In this document: piece after piece, positions 1 to 10,456 of the stretch
Layout: every line of letters starts with the position of its first letter
Numbering within the stretch: position 1 is the stretch's first letter
Source: Candidatus Puniceispirillaceae bacterium
GTDB taxonomy: Bacteria; Pseudomonadota; Alphaproteobacteria; Puniceispirillales; Puniceispirillaceae
Assembly (NCBI GenBank): GCA_965660095.1
Contig: CBFHYP010000011.1
Coordinates: 1,070 to 65,069, forward strand
Direction of reading: 5' to 3'
Length of the DNA stretch: 64,000 bases
Made by a program: the position numbers and the translations under genes
Notes under the pieces: generated by a model
Told to the model about the DNA's origin: nothing
Databases searched by the model: none
Seen by the model: only the letters and a program-made list of their open reading frames with translations

Positions 1-1046
1 AGGAAAGCATCACGCTCATTTGCTGTTGCATAGTTGATTTTGCTACCATCTGCCTGACGGTCTTTCATGCCAACATAGATACGATTTGGTGCAGGTTCTT
101 GGCCGTGATTATAGCCAGCTGCCACGATAACCACATAGTCTTTATGACCTGAGTTGATCGGCATAAGCTTCTCATATCCGGTCTGGCCAAGCGCAGGTGC
201 AGTGTAAGCAGTGCGATTTGCAATATCGACCACGACACTTGCAAGGCCAAGAGTTGCTGCTGAATCAGACTTTCCAGCTGGGAACATTCTACCGATTTCC
301 CATTCTTCAGCTGTCAGCCATACATCATCGGAAAAACCAATGCCATCGCCATATTTATTGGCTTGCTCATACCAAGCGCCGCAGAAACTTTGGAAGAAGT
401 AATCTGCTTTACTTAAACGGAAATCAGGCTTGAACTGCACCAATGTTCCATCTGGACGAGTTTGGTTGCCCCATTTACCAGATAGATAGGCCGGGTCAAA
501 TGATGGTGCAGATACGATTTCGCCGAAACCATTATAGACTGTATCAAACAGTTTTCCTGAACCTTTGACCATGTCCTGTGCAGTGTTTTTATTATTCATG
601 AAATCTGCAAATTTTGCTCTGTCATAATCGATTGTATGGATGTGTGAGCCTGTGAAGGTAACACCATTTTTCATCTGCCACGGATATGTTTCAGGCTGAG
701 GGGCACGTCCCATTGTTGCATAAGATTCGCTTTGATAGATAACCCGAACGGTTTCATCATCTGCAAGCATGGCTGCCTGACCATCTGGATAGCCTGTCAA
801 CGCTAATCCTGATTCGGCATCAATTTCACCGACAGTAGCAATGGCTTTGAAATTTGCGAAAGGGAAGTTGGTATTTGCGCTTTCGCCATCCTTTAGCGGC
901 TGTGTTGCAAGACCAGCTTCTGGAATAAGTGCGCTCGTTTCACCAATTGCTTTATGCGATCCATGACCGTCAGCCAATGCTGGAAAAGTGAGTGAAGACG
1001 ATAAAAGAGTAGTGCTCAAAAGTGCAGTAAGAATGAACTGTTTCAT
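1..1046 (-). CDS. secreted protein, C-terminus outside window (possibly PhoX/DUF839-like; function uncertain)
   Basis: Minus-strand frame is open from the ATG (cat at 1044-1046) to the window edge. It is absent from the ORF track because no stop lies in the window. GAAGAGG lies 8 nt upstream of the ATG. The N-terminus MKQFILTALLSTTLLSSSLTFPALA looks like a Sec signal peptide. Motifs GYPDG, FCGAW...VWLTAEEW and ALGQTGYEK loosely recall PhoX-type propellers. Confidence 0.6.
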   Translation of the reverse strand, partial: MKQFILTALLSTTLLSSSLTFPALADGHGSHKAIGETSALIPEAGLATQPLKDGESANTNFPFANFKAIATVGEIDAESGLALTGYPDGQAAMLADDETVRVIYQSESYATMGRAPQPETYPWQMKNGVTFTGSHIHTIDYDRAKFADFMNNKNTAQDMVKGSGKLFDTVYNGFGEIVSAPSFDPAYLSGKWGNQTRPDGTLVQFKPDFRLSKADYFFQSFCGAWYEQANKYGDGIGFSDDVWLTAEEWEIGRMFPAGKSDSAATLGLASVVVDIANRTAYTAPALGQTGYEKLMPINSGHKDYVVIVAAGYNHGQEPAPNRIYVGMKDRQADGSKINYATANERDAF

Positions 1047-1537
1047 GTCGAAAGCCTCTTCAAAGGGTTAGTTGATAGGGCTTTCAAATTCCGGTTATTT
1101 CGTTACATTTGTGTGATGAGAATGCTAAAGTAATTTTACAAAGATATTCTCTGCACAGGGCAACCCCCGCAGGCAGGTTTGGGCTCTTGGCCATTTTGTC
1201 CGCATTAGAACGCTTCGCTGACCTATGCAGAAAAGATTGAAGATGAGGCAAGCTTATCAAGGGCAGTGGGTCTTATCGTTGGCGACCTTCTGATATGTCA
1301 TGATATAGCTGTTTCAAAGGATATGAAGACGAACACCAACGGTCTGTTGTACCACAGCTCAAACCACCCACACATTTTCGATGCAAAAAGCTCGGGATAA
1401 CAGCGGATAGTCAACACCATTATGAAATAGCACATAGCTATTAGCATATTTGTTTCTCATCTTGTTTCACACCACTCATCTGCAAACATTGAAAATGATT
1501 GCAAATCAATTGGTTGTGGATAGTGAAACAAGGAAAT

Positions 1538-1612
1538 TGGCGCACCCGGCAGGATTCGAACCTGCGGCCTCTGCCTTCGGAGGGCAAGCTAGCCAACAAT
1601 AGCTACGGGTGC
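1538..1612 (-). tRNA. tRNA-Arg (anticodon CCG)
   Basis: The reverse complement reads GCACCCGTAGCTATTGTTGGCTAGCTTGCCCTCCGAAGGCAGAGGCCGCAGGTTCGAATCCTGCCGGGTGCGCCA. It has a 7-bp acceptor stem, a GGTTCGAATCC T-loop, an anticodon loop CTCCGAA and an encoded CCA. Confidence 0.9.
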
Positions 1613-1804
1613 CTGTTGATATCCCTACTATACCCAAACCACCTTGTGATGGATAGCCCTATTTGGCGCGTTTTAATATGAAATCAATTTAGCCCCAAAA
1701 TCATACGGTTTTCAGTTTCCATCTACCTGGCAAAATATGCTACAGATAAGATGATAATGGCGGAAGGCCACAACGGCAGAAGACTGCATTTAAGAGGGAT
1801 ATAA

Positions 1805-2002
1805 ATGTCACAAGAACAGCACAGCTCAGACCAGCCAATAACCACAGTTGCTAAAGGCGTTAGCCGCGTATCATGCAATGGCGGCGGCGGCGCACTTGGC
1901 CATCCGCAAATCTGGCTTACCTTAACCGCACCAATTGCCTCTCAGGCTAAATCTGTTACCTGCCCATATTGCTCACATCATTTCGCAGAACAGGCTGATT
2001 AA
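1805..2002 (+). CDS. zinc-finger (zf-CHCC / NDUFS6-like) domain protein
   Basis: 65 aa with the pattern VSCNGGGGALGHPQIWLTL...VTCPYCSHHF, typical of the small CHCC zinc-finger family common in Alphaproteobacteria. Confidence 0.7.
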   Translation: MSQEQHSSDQPITTVAKGVSRVSCNGGGGALGHPQIWLTLTAPIASQAKSVTCPYCSHHFAEQAD

Positions 2003-2064
2003 AGCTTTTACCATCAGCCAGACTTTTAATCATTCACTGGTTAGTAATCAACAAGGACGTCATT

Positions 2065-4917
2065 ATGCCATCATCTGCGCCTAACTCAGAAAACGCATTG
2101 GTCCTTGTTGATGGCTCTGGCTATATCTTCCGTGCATTCCACGGTTTGCCAATGATGAACAGAGCTGACGGCACACCGATAAATGCGGTGTTCGGGTTTA
2201 CCAAAATGCTGATGAAGCTGATGGAGGACTTAAACCCATCACATGTTGCGGTTATTTTTGATGCAGGGCGCACCACCTTTCGAAATGATATTTATCCTGA
2301 ATATAAAGCCAACCGCTCAGAACCACCTGAGGAACTCGTGCCCCAATTCGCCTTGGTCAGAGAGGCAACAGAAGCGCTAAGCTTGCCAATGCTTGAAATG
2401 GCCGGTTTCGAAGCTGATGACCTTATCGCAAGCTATGCAAAAATCGCGGCCGCACAAGAAAAAGACTGTATTATCGTATCCTCTGATAAGGATTTGATGC
2501 AATTGGTGCAACCTTTTGTGCGCATGCTTGACCCGATGAAGCAACGCCCGATTGGCCCTGATGAGGTGTTTGAGAAATTTGGTGTTCAGCCAGATAAGGT
2601 CATTGATGTACAAGCCTTGGCAGGGGATTCAACAGACAATGTCCCTGGAGTGCCAGGTATTGGAGTGAAAACCGCAGCAGAATTGATTAATCAATTTGGT
2701 GATTTAGACGCATTGCTTGCCCAAGCAGAAACCATAAAACAGCCTAAACGCCGCGAAAACCTTATCCAATTTGCAGAGCAAGCGCGTATCTCGCGCCAGC
2801 TTGTTGCGTTAAAGAATGATGTTGAACTTCCTTTTTCCATTGAACAGCTCAAAAAGCCAGAAACAGATAAGGATAAATTGACAAGCTTTTTAAGCGCGCA
2901 AGGCTTTAACTCCTTACTTGTTGCGATGGGGCAATCTGCATCTTCACCGCAAGCATCTAGCCAACAGCCGCAGCAAAAAACATCTGATGATGCAAGCCAA
3001 GATAAACCGGCTATTCTGCCGCCAAGTGTCGAACAAACAGAATATGAGCTCGTGACCACAGCAGATAGGCTAAAAAGCTGGATTGACGAAGCTACAGCAC
3101 AAGGGTTTGTGGCGATAGATACAGAAACCAGCTCGTTGAATGCAGCAGCAGCTGATCTTATTGGGGTTTCACTTGCCACTGCGGCAGGGAGGGCATGCTA
3201 TATTCCGCTTCGCCATCGCCACAAACAAGCTGATTTAGAGGCTGGATTTGATTTCTTAGACGCAGACGAGGAAGCTGGCGAGCGGATAGAGCAAATTGAC
3301 TTCAATACTGCAATGCAGATGCTCAAAGGCTTGTGTGAGGATGCCTCTGTATTGAAGATTGGGCATAATCTGAAATATGACAGCCATGTGCTTGGACATG
3401 CGGCAAACGGGGCTATCGAGCTTCATCCGGTTGATGATACGATGTGTTTATCTTATGTGCTTGATGCTGGGCGCACCGAGCGTCATGGGCTAGATGCACT
3501 TGCATTAAACATGCTTGGTCATCAAAATATTAAGTATGAAGATATTTGCGGAAAAGGCGTAAAACAAATCCCATTTTCACAAGTGCCGGTTCAAAAAGCA
3601 TGTGACTATGCAGCAGAAGATGCAGATATCTGTTTGCGGTTATGGATGATGCTAAAACCGCGATTAGCACAAGAGGGGATGAGCGCGGTATATTACCGGC
3701 TTGAACGCCCGCTTATCACTGTGCTTGCTGATATGGAGCGTCGGGGTATTTGTGTTGACCGAGCGTTTCTACAGCGCCTTTCTCATGATTTTTCGTTGCG
3801 TATCGCTGAGCTTGAAAAAACTATCCATGATGCTGCAGGTGAAAGCTTTAATATTGCTTCCCCGAAACAGCTTGGAGAAATCCTATTTGATAAATTAGGA
3901 TATCCGCCGCCAAAAAAATCGAAGACAGGGGCCTATTCAACAGGCGCTGATATTTTAGAAGATTTAGCAGCACAAGGGGTAGATATCGCTTCATCCGTGC
4001 TTGATTATCGGCAGTTAGCTAAGCTGAAATCAACCTATACAGATGCGTTAAATGGGTCTGTGAATGCGCGTACTGAACGTGTCCATACCTCGTTTTCGAT
4101 GGTTGGGGCATCCACAGGTAGATTATCTTCATCAGACCCAAATCTGCAAAATATTCCTATTCGCACCAGTGAAGGGCGGCAAATCAGAAAGGCATTTATT
4201 GCCCAGCCAGGCTATCAGCTTATCTCAGCAGATTATAGCCAAATTGAATTGCGTTTGGTTGCCCATGTCGCCCAAGAAAGCACCATGCTTGATGCCTTTC
4301 AAAAAGGTGTCGATATTCACGCACAAACAGCATCTGAGGTATTCGGTATCCCGCTTGATCAAATGGATGCTGAGACTAGAAGACGTGCAAAGGCAATTAA
4401 TTTTGGCATTATTTACGGTATTTCAGCCTTTGGGCTAGCCCGCCAACTTTCTATCGGCAGGTTAGAGGCAGGGCAATATATTGGAGCCTATTTTGAAAGA
4501 TTCCCTGGCATTCAAGCCTATATGGATGAAGCAAAGGAATTCGCAAAAGAACATAAATTTGTACAAACCTTGTTTGGCCGCAAAATTCATATCCAGCAAA
4601 TTGCCTCCTCTAATGGGGCTGTGCGTGCATTTGCAGAACGTCAGGCCATTAATGCACCGATTCAAGGAAGTGCCGCAGATATTATCAAACGTGCAATGGC
4701 CAGACTGCCAGATGCACTTACCGCACATAAGCTAGACGCAAGAATGCTGCTACAAGTCCATGATGAATTGATCTTTGAAGTGCCAGAAGACCAAATCGAG
4801 GAAACCAAATCTGTAATTGTTGAGGTGATGCAGTCTGCACATCTGCCTAGCCTTGAGCTTTCTGTGCCCATAATTGCAGAGGCAGGAATAGGTACATCTT
4901 GGGCTGATGCGCATTAA
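2065..4917 (+). CDS. polA: DNA polymerase I
   Basis: 950 aa. It has an N-terminal 5'-3' exonuclease (LVDGSGYIFRAFH), a 3'-5' exonuclease (AIDTETSSL) and polymerase motifs (RLSSSDPNLQNIP, DYSQIELR, QVHDELIFE). Confidence 0.97.
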   Translation: MPSSAPNSENALVLVDGSGYIFRAFHGLPMMNRADGTPINAVFGFTKMLMKLMEDLNPSHVAVIFDAGRTTFRNDIYPEYKANRSEPPEELVPQFALVREATEALSLPMLEMAGFEADDLIASYAKIAAAQEKDCIIVSSDKDLMQLVQPFVRMLDPMKQRPIGPDEVFEKFGVQPDKVIDVQALAGDSTDNVPGVPGIGVKTAAELINQFGDLDALLAQAETIKQPKRRENLIQFAEQARISRQLVALKNDVELPFSIEQLKKPETDKDKLTSFLSAQGFNSLLVAMGQSASSPQASSQQPQQKTSDDASQDKPAILPPSVEQTEYELVTTADRLKSWIDEATAQGFVAIDTETSSLNAAAADLIGVSLATAAGRACYIPLRHRHKQADLEAGFDFLDADEEAGERIEQIDFNTAMQMLKGLCEDASVLKIGHNLKYDSHVLGHAANGAIELHPVDDTMCLSYVLDAGRTERHGLDALALNMLGHQNIKYEDICGKGVKQIPFSQVPVQKACDYAAEDADICLRLWMMLKPRLAQEGMSAVYYRLERPLITVLADMERRGICVDRAFLQRLSHDFSLRIAELEKTIHDAAGESFNIASPKQLGEILFDKLGYPPPKKSKTGAYSTGADILEDLAAQGVDIASSVLDYRQLAKLKSTYTDALNGSVNARTERVHTSFSMVGASTGRLSSSDPNLQNIPIRTSEGRQIRKAFIAQPGYQLISADYSQIELRLVAHVAQESTMLDAFQKGVDIHAQTASEVFGIPLDQMDAETRRRAKAINFGIIYGISAFGLARQLSIGRLEAGQYIGAYFERFPGIQAYMDEAKEFAKEHKFVQTLFGRKIHIQQIASSNGAVRAFAERQAINAPIQGSAADIIKRAMARLPDALTAHKLDARMLLQVHDELIFEVPEDQIEETKSVIVEVMQSAHLPSLELSVPIIAEAGIGTSWADAH

Positions 4918-5033
4918 CCGTGCCTTTTTTTGAACATATTTATGCCGTGATTTCACCCTCTAGCCTGTTGATAAAGACACTACATATAAACCGCAGGTAA
5001 TCAAAGAGACGGGATAAAGGAAGGAAGTTGGTG

Positions 5034-5732
5034 ATGGCAGTTCGTTTAGTTTTAGTCGATGATGATATTCATATTACGGAGTCTGTTTCAGTTGCGTTAG
5101 AGGCAGAGGGCTTTCAGGTTACGTCCTTTTTTGACAGTGAAGCTGCGATGATTGAGCTGATGCGCAATCCGCCTGATTTGGCTATTTTGGATATCAAAAT
5201 GCCGCGCATGACAGGCACAGAGATGTTGAAAAAAATCAGGGAGAGAAGTGACCTTCCTGTGATATTTTTAACAAGTAAGGATGATGAAATTGACGAGGCT
5301 GTTGGCTTTGAGCTTGGGGCTGATGATTACATCACAAAGCCATTTTCGCTGAAATTGCTGATCGCGCGTATCCATGCATTATTGCGGCGAGTGTCAGGTG
5401 CAGGCAGTGCAGGCAAAAAACAAGCTATGCTGATGCGCGGTAATTTAAGCATTAATCTTGAAAGCTATAGCTGCAAATGGAGGGGTGAAGAAGTTAAGCT
5501 TACCTTAACAGAATTTCTGCTTTTGCAAGAATTGGCAGCACGGCCAGGGCATGTTAAAGCGCGGCAAGCATTGATGGAAACAGCCTATTCTGACAATATG
5601 GATGTGGATGATAGAACAATCGATAGTCACATCAAACGCATTCGAAAGAAATTCAGAAAACATGATGAGCAGTTTGACGAAATCGAAACCCTATATGGTG
5701 CAGGATACCGGTATAAAGAACAGCATCAATAA
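5034..5732 (+). CDS. chvI: OmpR-family response regulator, ChvI type
   Basis: LVDDD...DIKMPRMTGTEMLKKIR...VIFLTSKDDEIDE...GADDYITKPFS closely matches ChvI/BvrR. ATG at 5034 is preceded by AAGGAAGGAAG; the track start at 5028 is a TTG two codons upstream. Confidence 0.9.
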   Translation: MAVRLVLVDDDIHITESVSVALEAEGFQVTSFFDSEAAMIELMRNPPDLAILDIKMPRMTGTEMLKKIRERSDLPVIFLTSKDDEIDEAVGFELGADDYITKPFSLKLLIARIHALLRRVSGAGSAGKKQAMLMRGNLSINLESYSCKWRGEEVKLTLTEFLLLQELAARPGHVKARQALMETAYSDNMDVDDRTIDSHIKRIRKKFRKHDEQFDEIETLYGAGYRYKEQHQ

Positions 5733-5798
5733 GATGGTTGTGCGGTGTATAGCGATGATGTTTTTATCTGCTCGAAATAGTGATGCGGCATCTGTGTC

Positions 5799-7391
5799 AT
5801 GCGGCTAGCTGGATTTACAAAATGGGTTCCTAGCCGGCTAACTGCAAAAATTCTGGCGATTACCATCTTTCCCGTTATCGCGTTTTTAATAGGCGTATTG
5901 GTAATAGATGATTACCGCATTACCTTAATCGAAGCTGAATTAGAAGCGTTGCAACGTCAAGGCGTGACCTTAGCACGTTCCCTTGCCCTTGAAGAGGCTG
6001 CAAAAGCACCAAGCAATCCTGGTCAGCTTTCTTCTGAAACAATGAAAAGCCTGCTTCCTTTGGTGGGGTATGGCTCTAATCTCAGGGCGCGGGTTTTTAA
6101 TACAAAAGGGGTGATGATTGCAGACACAATGCGACTTGCAGGTGGACGCCCGTTTATTCGTCTTCAGCGCAGGCACAAAGACGGCATGCACAGACATATG
6201 TTTGATGTGTTATTTGCAGGCATGTTGCGTTTGACAGAAACCGTCAAAGGCAGAGAAGATATTCAAACTGTTAATATAAGAGCAATCCGCCGTGCCCAGC
6301 AATTACCAGATATTTCAGCAGGGCTTCAAGGTCAGGTTTCGCGCAGTGTCTTCAGAAGTCCGCGTGGTCAAATGGTGCTTGCGGTTACCATCCCTGTTTA
6401 TGATTTAAGAGTGATAAAAGGTGCGTTGCTGGTGACCACTACAGGCGGCTCTTTAGAACAAAAAATTGCCACCGTGAATAGCACCTTTTTTACAATATTT
6501 TTGGTGGTACTTGGCTTTACCGCCCTGTTTGGTTTTTTCTTGTCACGTTCGATTGTTACGCCGATTAAGTTTCTTGCAAATGCAGCAGATAATCTGCGCC
6601 AATCCCAAGACCCGACCACAAGCTTGCGCAGACTTCCCGACCGTAAAGATGAAATAGGTCAGCTTTCAGTCTCGCTTGTTCAAATGACAGAAGAACTTCA
6701 AAATAGGATTAAAGCCACTGCTAGCTTTGCAGCGGATGTATCCCATGAGATTAAAAACCCGCTTGCGTCACTGCGCTCAGCGGTTGAGACTATCGCGCGT
6801 ATTGATGATGCGGATCAACAGCGCCGCTTGATGAATGTGATTTTAAATGATGTGCAACGTATTGACAGGCTTATTACCGATATCTCTTCTGCAAGCAGGT
6901 TAGATGCTGAATTATCTGGTGAACTTCCCCCGCCTTCTAATTTAACCGAGATGATGTCGAACTGGACAATGATGCTTGAGCAGCAATATCAAGAACTTCG
7001 CTTTATCTGTGATATCACCACCGATGGGCTGTTTGTGGCGATGCATAGGGATAGAATTCTTCAGGTGCTTGATAATATTTTCACCAATGCCGTCAGCTTT
7101 CACCCGGTTAATTCTGAACACCCTATTCGTATTTCATTAACGCGCGATAATGAAAATGCGATTATTTGTATATCAGATAAAGGCCCAGGAATTTCGCCCA
7201 ATATGCTAGAGCGGATTTTTGAACGATTTTACACTGAAAGGCCAAATAAAAAGGATTTTGGAATTCATTCAGGTCTAGGCCTATCTATTTCAAGACAGAT
7301 AACATCTATGCATGGTGGCAGTCTAACAGCAGATAATCACCCTGAGGGCGGGGCAGTTTTTACATTGAAATTACCACTTGCCTCTATCTAG
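5799..7391 (+). CDS. chvG: sensor histidine kinase, ChvG/BvrS type
   Basis: 530 aa with two TM segments flanking a periplasmic domain and a HAMP-like region. H-box is FAADVSHEIKNPL; the ATPase domain has N and G boxes (DNIFTNAVSF, DKGPGI, GLGLSISRQI). It lies directly downstream of chvI. Confidence 0.85.
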   Translation: MRLAGFTKWVPSRLTAKILAITIFPVIAFLIGVLVIDDYRITLIEAELEALQRQGVTLARSLALEEAAKAPSNPGQLSSETMKSLLPLVGYGSNLRARVFNTKGVMIADTMRLAGGRPFIRLQRRHKDGMHRHMFDVLFAGMLRLTETVKGREDIQTVNIRAIRRAQQLPDISAGLQGQVSRSVFRSPRGQMVLAVTIPVYDLRVIKGALLVTTTGGSLEQKIATVNSTFFTIFLVVLGFTALFGFFLSRSIVTPIKFLANAADNLRQSQDPTTSLRRLPDRKDEIGQLSVSLVQMTEELQNRIKATASFAADVSHEIKNPLASLRSAVETIARIDDADQQRRLMNVILNDVQRIDRLITDISSASRLDAELSGELPPPSNLTEMMSNWTMMLEQQYQELRFICDITTDGLFVAMHRDRILQVLDNIFTNAVSFHPVNSEHPIRISLTRDNENAIICISDKGPGISPNMLERIFERFYTERPNKKDFGIHSGLGLSISRQITSMHGGSLTADNHPEGGAVFTLKLPLASI

Positions 7392-7455
7392 CTTTTTTGA
7401 AACCGTGTAAGCTTCTGGATGATAGCCTCTTTAAAGCGAGTGAAATTATACCGCC

Positions 7456-8370
7456 ATGCAATATTGGATGGATGAATCAGAAACAAATAACAACAGCACA
7501 AGAGATGCTGATAGTGACCTTCAGCTTGTTTGCGTTATTGGACGGTCAGGTGCAGGGCATTCTACCGCCTTGCGCCATCTTGACGATGTCGGATTCACAG
7601 CCGTAGATAACATGCCGCTTGCCCTTGTTGACCAGTTGATAAGTTTGGTGGTCGAAACAGAGGGGCGCAAATTAGCGATTGGTGTTGATTTACGCACCTC
7701 AGGTTTTGATGCAGAAGCGATTGACAGGCTTGCCCTAAATATCGCGAACCAATTTGGTGAAAAGGCACAGATTGTCTATGTCACCGCCTCTGATGATGAA
7801 TTATTTAACCGCTTTAAAGCAACGAGACGTCGCCACCCCTTAATGGACAAGCAAGGCACTTTAGAATCTGCGATTGCAGCAGAAGCAGATATCCATTATC
7901 TGCTGCGTGATAAAGCAGATATCGTTATTGATAGCACTGGAAAGTCGCCGCATATTTTTTGTGAAGAATTAAGCGCAAGGCTGGAGCTAAGCTTAGCGCA
8001 TCAACCGGTCTTATCGGTTATGAGTTTTTCGTATAAAAATGGCCTACCCCCTGCTGCAGATATTATTTTTGATATGCGTTTTTTATCTAATCCGCATTGG
8101 CATGCAGATTTGCGGGCACAAACAGGTCAAGATGCCCCTGTGCAGGATTTTGTAGCTGCTGACCCTGCATTTATCCCGTTTATGCAGAATATAACCGCAC
8201 AGCTTGAAAACCAAATCCCGCTATTTGTTCAGCAGGGCAGATATCAGGTTACGGTTGCTTTTGGATGCACAGGCGGGCGCCACCGTTCCGTGGCTAGCGC
8301 ATGTTGGCTAGATAAATGGGCATCACAGCAAAAACTTCATTCTGTATTGCTCCATCGTGAATTAAGATAA
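7456..8370 (+). CDS. rapZ: RNase adapter protein RapZ (YhbJ family P-loop NTPase)
   Basis: Walker A is GRSGAGHSTAL. The C-terminal signature AFGCTGGRHRSVA is typical of RapZ/YvcJ. Confidence 0.85.
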   Translation: MQYWMDESETNNNSTRDADSDLQLVCVIGRSGAGHSTALRHLDDVGFTAVDNMPLALVDQLISLVVETEGRKLAIGVDLRTSGFDAEAIDRLALNIANQFGEKAQIVYVTASDDELFNRFKATRRRHPLMDKQGTLESAIAAEADIHYLLRDKADIVIDSTGKSPHIFCEELSARLELSLAHQPVLSVMSFSYKNGLPPAADIIFDMRFLSNPHWHADLRAQTGQDAPVQDFVAADPAFIPFMQNITAQLENQIPLFVQQGRYQVTVAFGCTGGRHRSVASACWLDKWASQQKLHSVLLHRELR

Positions 8371-8475
8371 ACTTTTGAACTTCTAGCCAGAACCTGCTAA
8401 AAGCTAAGCCAGCGCGCTATATCATGAGGATATATAAGTTTAGTTTCGCGTTTTGCATCCATCAAAGGTGAATAA

Positions 8476-9870
8476 ATGTCTGAAGATTTTGTAATTGCTG
8501 ACGCATCCCTTGCGTCTTGGGGCCGTAAAGAAATTGCTATTGCGGAAAGTGAAATGCCAGGGCTAATGGCGCTAAGAGATGAGTTTGGTGCAGCCAAGCC
8601 GCTCTCAGGTGCGCGTATCGCAGGCTGTTTGCATATGACGGTTCAAACTGCGGTTCTGATTGAAACCTTAAAAGACCTTGGGGCTGATTTACGGTGGTCA
8701 TCTTGTAATATTTTCTCCACACAAGACCAAGCCGCAGCAGCTATTGCCGAAGCAGGTATTCCGGTCTTTGCTAAAAAGGGTGAAAGCCTTGCTGAATATT
8801 GGGAATATGTTGACCGTATCTTTGATTGGTCAGATGGCAAGCCAGCAAATCTAATCTTAGATGATGGTGGTGATGCCACCATGTATATTCTGCTTGGCGC
8901 AAGAATGGAAGCTGGTGAAGAGGTGTTAACATCTCCTGAAACTGAAGAAGAAGAATATTTGAAAGCACAGCTTGATAAGCGTTTTGCTGCCTCTAAAGGG
9001 TGGTTCACCGCCCAGCGCGATGCCATTTTAGGCGTTTCAGAAGAAACCACAACAGGCGTCTTAAGATTATATCAGATGGCTGAAAAAGGGCTGCTGCCTT
9101 TCCCTGCTATCAATGTGAATGACAGTGTTACCAAGTCAAAATTTGATAATTTATATGGGTGCCGTGAATCTCTTGTGGATGGAATTAGACGCGCAACAGA
9201 TGTGATGCTTGCAGGTAAGGTTGCTGTAGTATGCGGCTATGGCGATGTGGGTAAAGGCTCTGCAGCTTCGCTTCGTCAGGGCGGCGCGCGTGTGATGGTT
9301 ACTGAAATTGACCCGATTTGTGCATTACAAGCTGCGATGGAAGGCTATGAAGTGGTCACCATGGAACAGGCGGCATCAAAGGCGGATATTTTTGTGACCG
9401 CAACAGGCAATAAAGATGTCATCACCCTTGACCATATGAGAGAGATGAAAGATAGAGCGATTGTGTGTAATATCGGCCATTTTGATAATGAAATTCAAGT
9501 CTCGTCTTTGCAGAATATGAACTGGCATGAGGTTAAGCCTCAGGTAGATGAGATTGAATTCCCTGATGGTAAGCGGATGATCCTGCTTGCAAAGGGCAGA
9601 TTGGTTAATCTTGGTTGCGCAACAGGGCATCCTTCGTTTGTAATGTCAGCATCTTTCACCAATCAAGTATTGGCGCAGATGGAATTATATGCGAGCAGCG
9701 ATAATTACAAAAATGAAGTATATACCTTGCCACGTCACCTAGATGAAAAAGTGGCGGCACTTCATTTGGACAAGGTTGGTGCTACCTTAACCACATTGCG
9801 TGATGACCAAGCAGGTTATATTGGTGTTGAAAAACAAGGCCCGTTCAAGACTGAACAATATCGTTACTAA
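8476..9870 (+). CDS. ahcY: adenosylhomocysteinase
   Basis: 464 aa with [24 protein letters not shown], an NAD-binding GYGDVGKG motif and the C-terminal tail FKTEQYRY. Confidence 0.97.
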   Translation: MSEDFVIADASLASWGRKEIAIAESEMPGLMALRDEFGAAKPLSGARIAGCLHMTVQTAVLIETLKDLGADLRWSSCNIFSTQDQAAAAIAEAGIPVFAKKGESLAEYWEYVDRIFDWSDGKPANLILDDGGDATMYILLGARMEAGEEVLTSPETEEEEYLKAQLDKRFAASKGWFTAQRDAILGVSEETTTGVLRLYQMAEKGLLPFPAINVNDSVTKSKFDNLYGCRESLVDGIRRATDVMLAGKVAVVCGYGDVGKGSAASLRQGGARVMVTEIDPICALQAAMEGYEVVTMEQAASKADIFVTATGNKDVITLDHMREMKDRAIVCNIGHFDNEIQVSSLQNMNWHEVKPQVDEIEFPDGKRMILLAKGRLVNLGCATGHPSFVMSASFTNQVLAQMELYASSDNYKNEVYTLPRHLDEKVAALHLDKVGATLTTLRDDQAGYIGVEKQGPFKTEQYRY

Positions 9871-9872
9871 AT

Positions 9873-10424
9873 TTGCATAAGATGTCTGCACTTCATTGCC
9901 AGCTTGCAAGCCTTCAGCACACCTATCAGGTTGCGCATGGGCTTGCAGATTGGCTGGTGCAGGCTAATCCAGAAAATTTTCTTATCTGCCTTTATGGCGA
10001 TTTAGGCGCTGGAAAATCTGAATTTTCCCGCCATCTTATCCGTCTATGTTGTGGTGATATGGATATGGAAGTGCCAAGCCCAACCTTTACGCTTGTGCAA
10101 CAATATGCTGCAGAGCGGGCAACTCAGATAGGCTGGCAAGAAATTTGGCATATGGATTTATATCGCCTAGAAGACCCTGAAGAAGTTTGGGCGTTAGGGC
10201 TGGAACAAGGCCTAGCATCTGGTATTTGCATGATTGAATGGCCAGAACGGATTGCTGATTTCCTGCCCCAAAATAGGCTTGATATCCAGCTTGAACATAT
10301 TCAAGACAAGCAAGATGCGCGATATCTGACATTATCTGCACAAGATTCAGAAATGCTTGAACATATGCAGGCTATAATGCAGTCCAAGGGGCTCATTATC
10401 GAAAATGCAGATGAAACAGCCTAG
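9873..10424 (+). CDS. tsaE: tRNA t6A biosynthesis ATPase TsaE
   Basis: P-loop YGDLGAGKSEF and SPTFTLVQQY are characteristic of TsaE/YjeE. The start may be the ATG at 9882 instead of the TTG at 9873. Confidence 0.8.
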   Translation: MHKMSALHCQLASLQHTYQVAHGLADWLVQANPENFLICLYGDLGAGKSEFSRHLIRLCCGDMDMEVPSPTFTLVQQYAAERATQIGWQEIWHMDLYRLEDPEEVWALGLEQGLASGICMIEWPERIADFLPQNRLDIQLEHIQDKQDARYLTLSAQDSEMLEHMQAIMQSKGLIIENADETA

Positions 10425-10456
10425 TTTTTGATATTCTTGTTTTGTTCTAGTCGTGA

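Noticed and set aside
2691-3179. 162-aa antisense ORF inside polA. Similar long antisense ORFs lie at 8643-9050, 10933-11367, 33554-34045 and 43973-44443.
   Set aside because: These are shadow ORFs opposite strongly recognisable genes. They have skewed Ser/Ala/Cys-rich composition, no RBS and no recognisable domains.
8371-8475. SAH riboswitch upstream of ahcY
   Set aside because: I looked for the conserved SAH-element core (GC-rich pseudoknot with a ...GGCUC...AACGGCGCUCAC-like segment). This AT-rich 105-bp spacer shows nothing resembling it.
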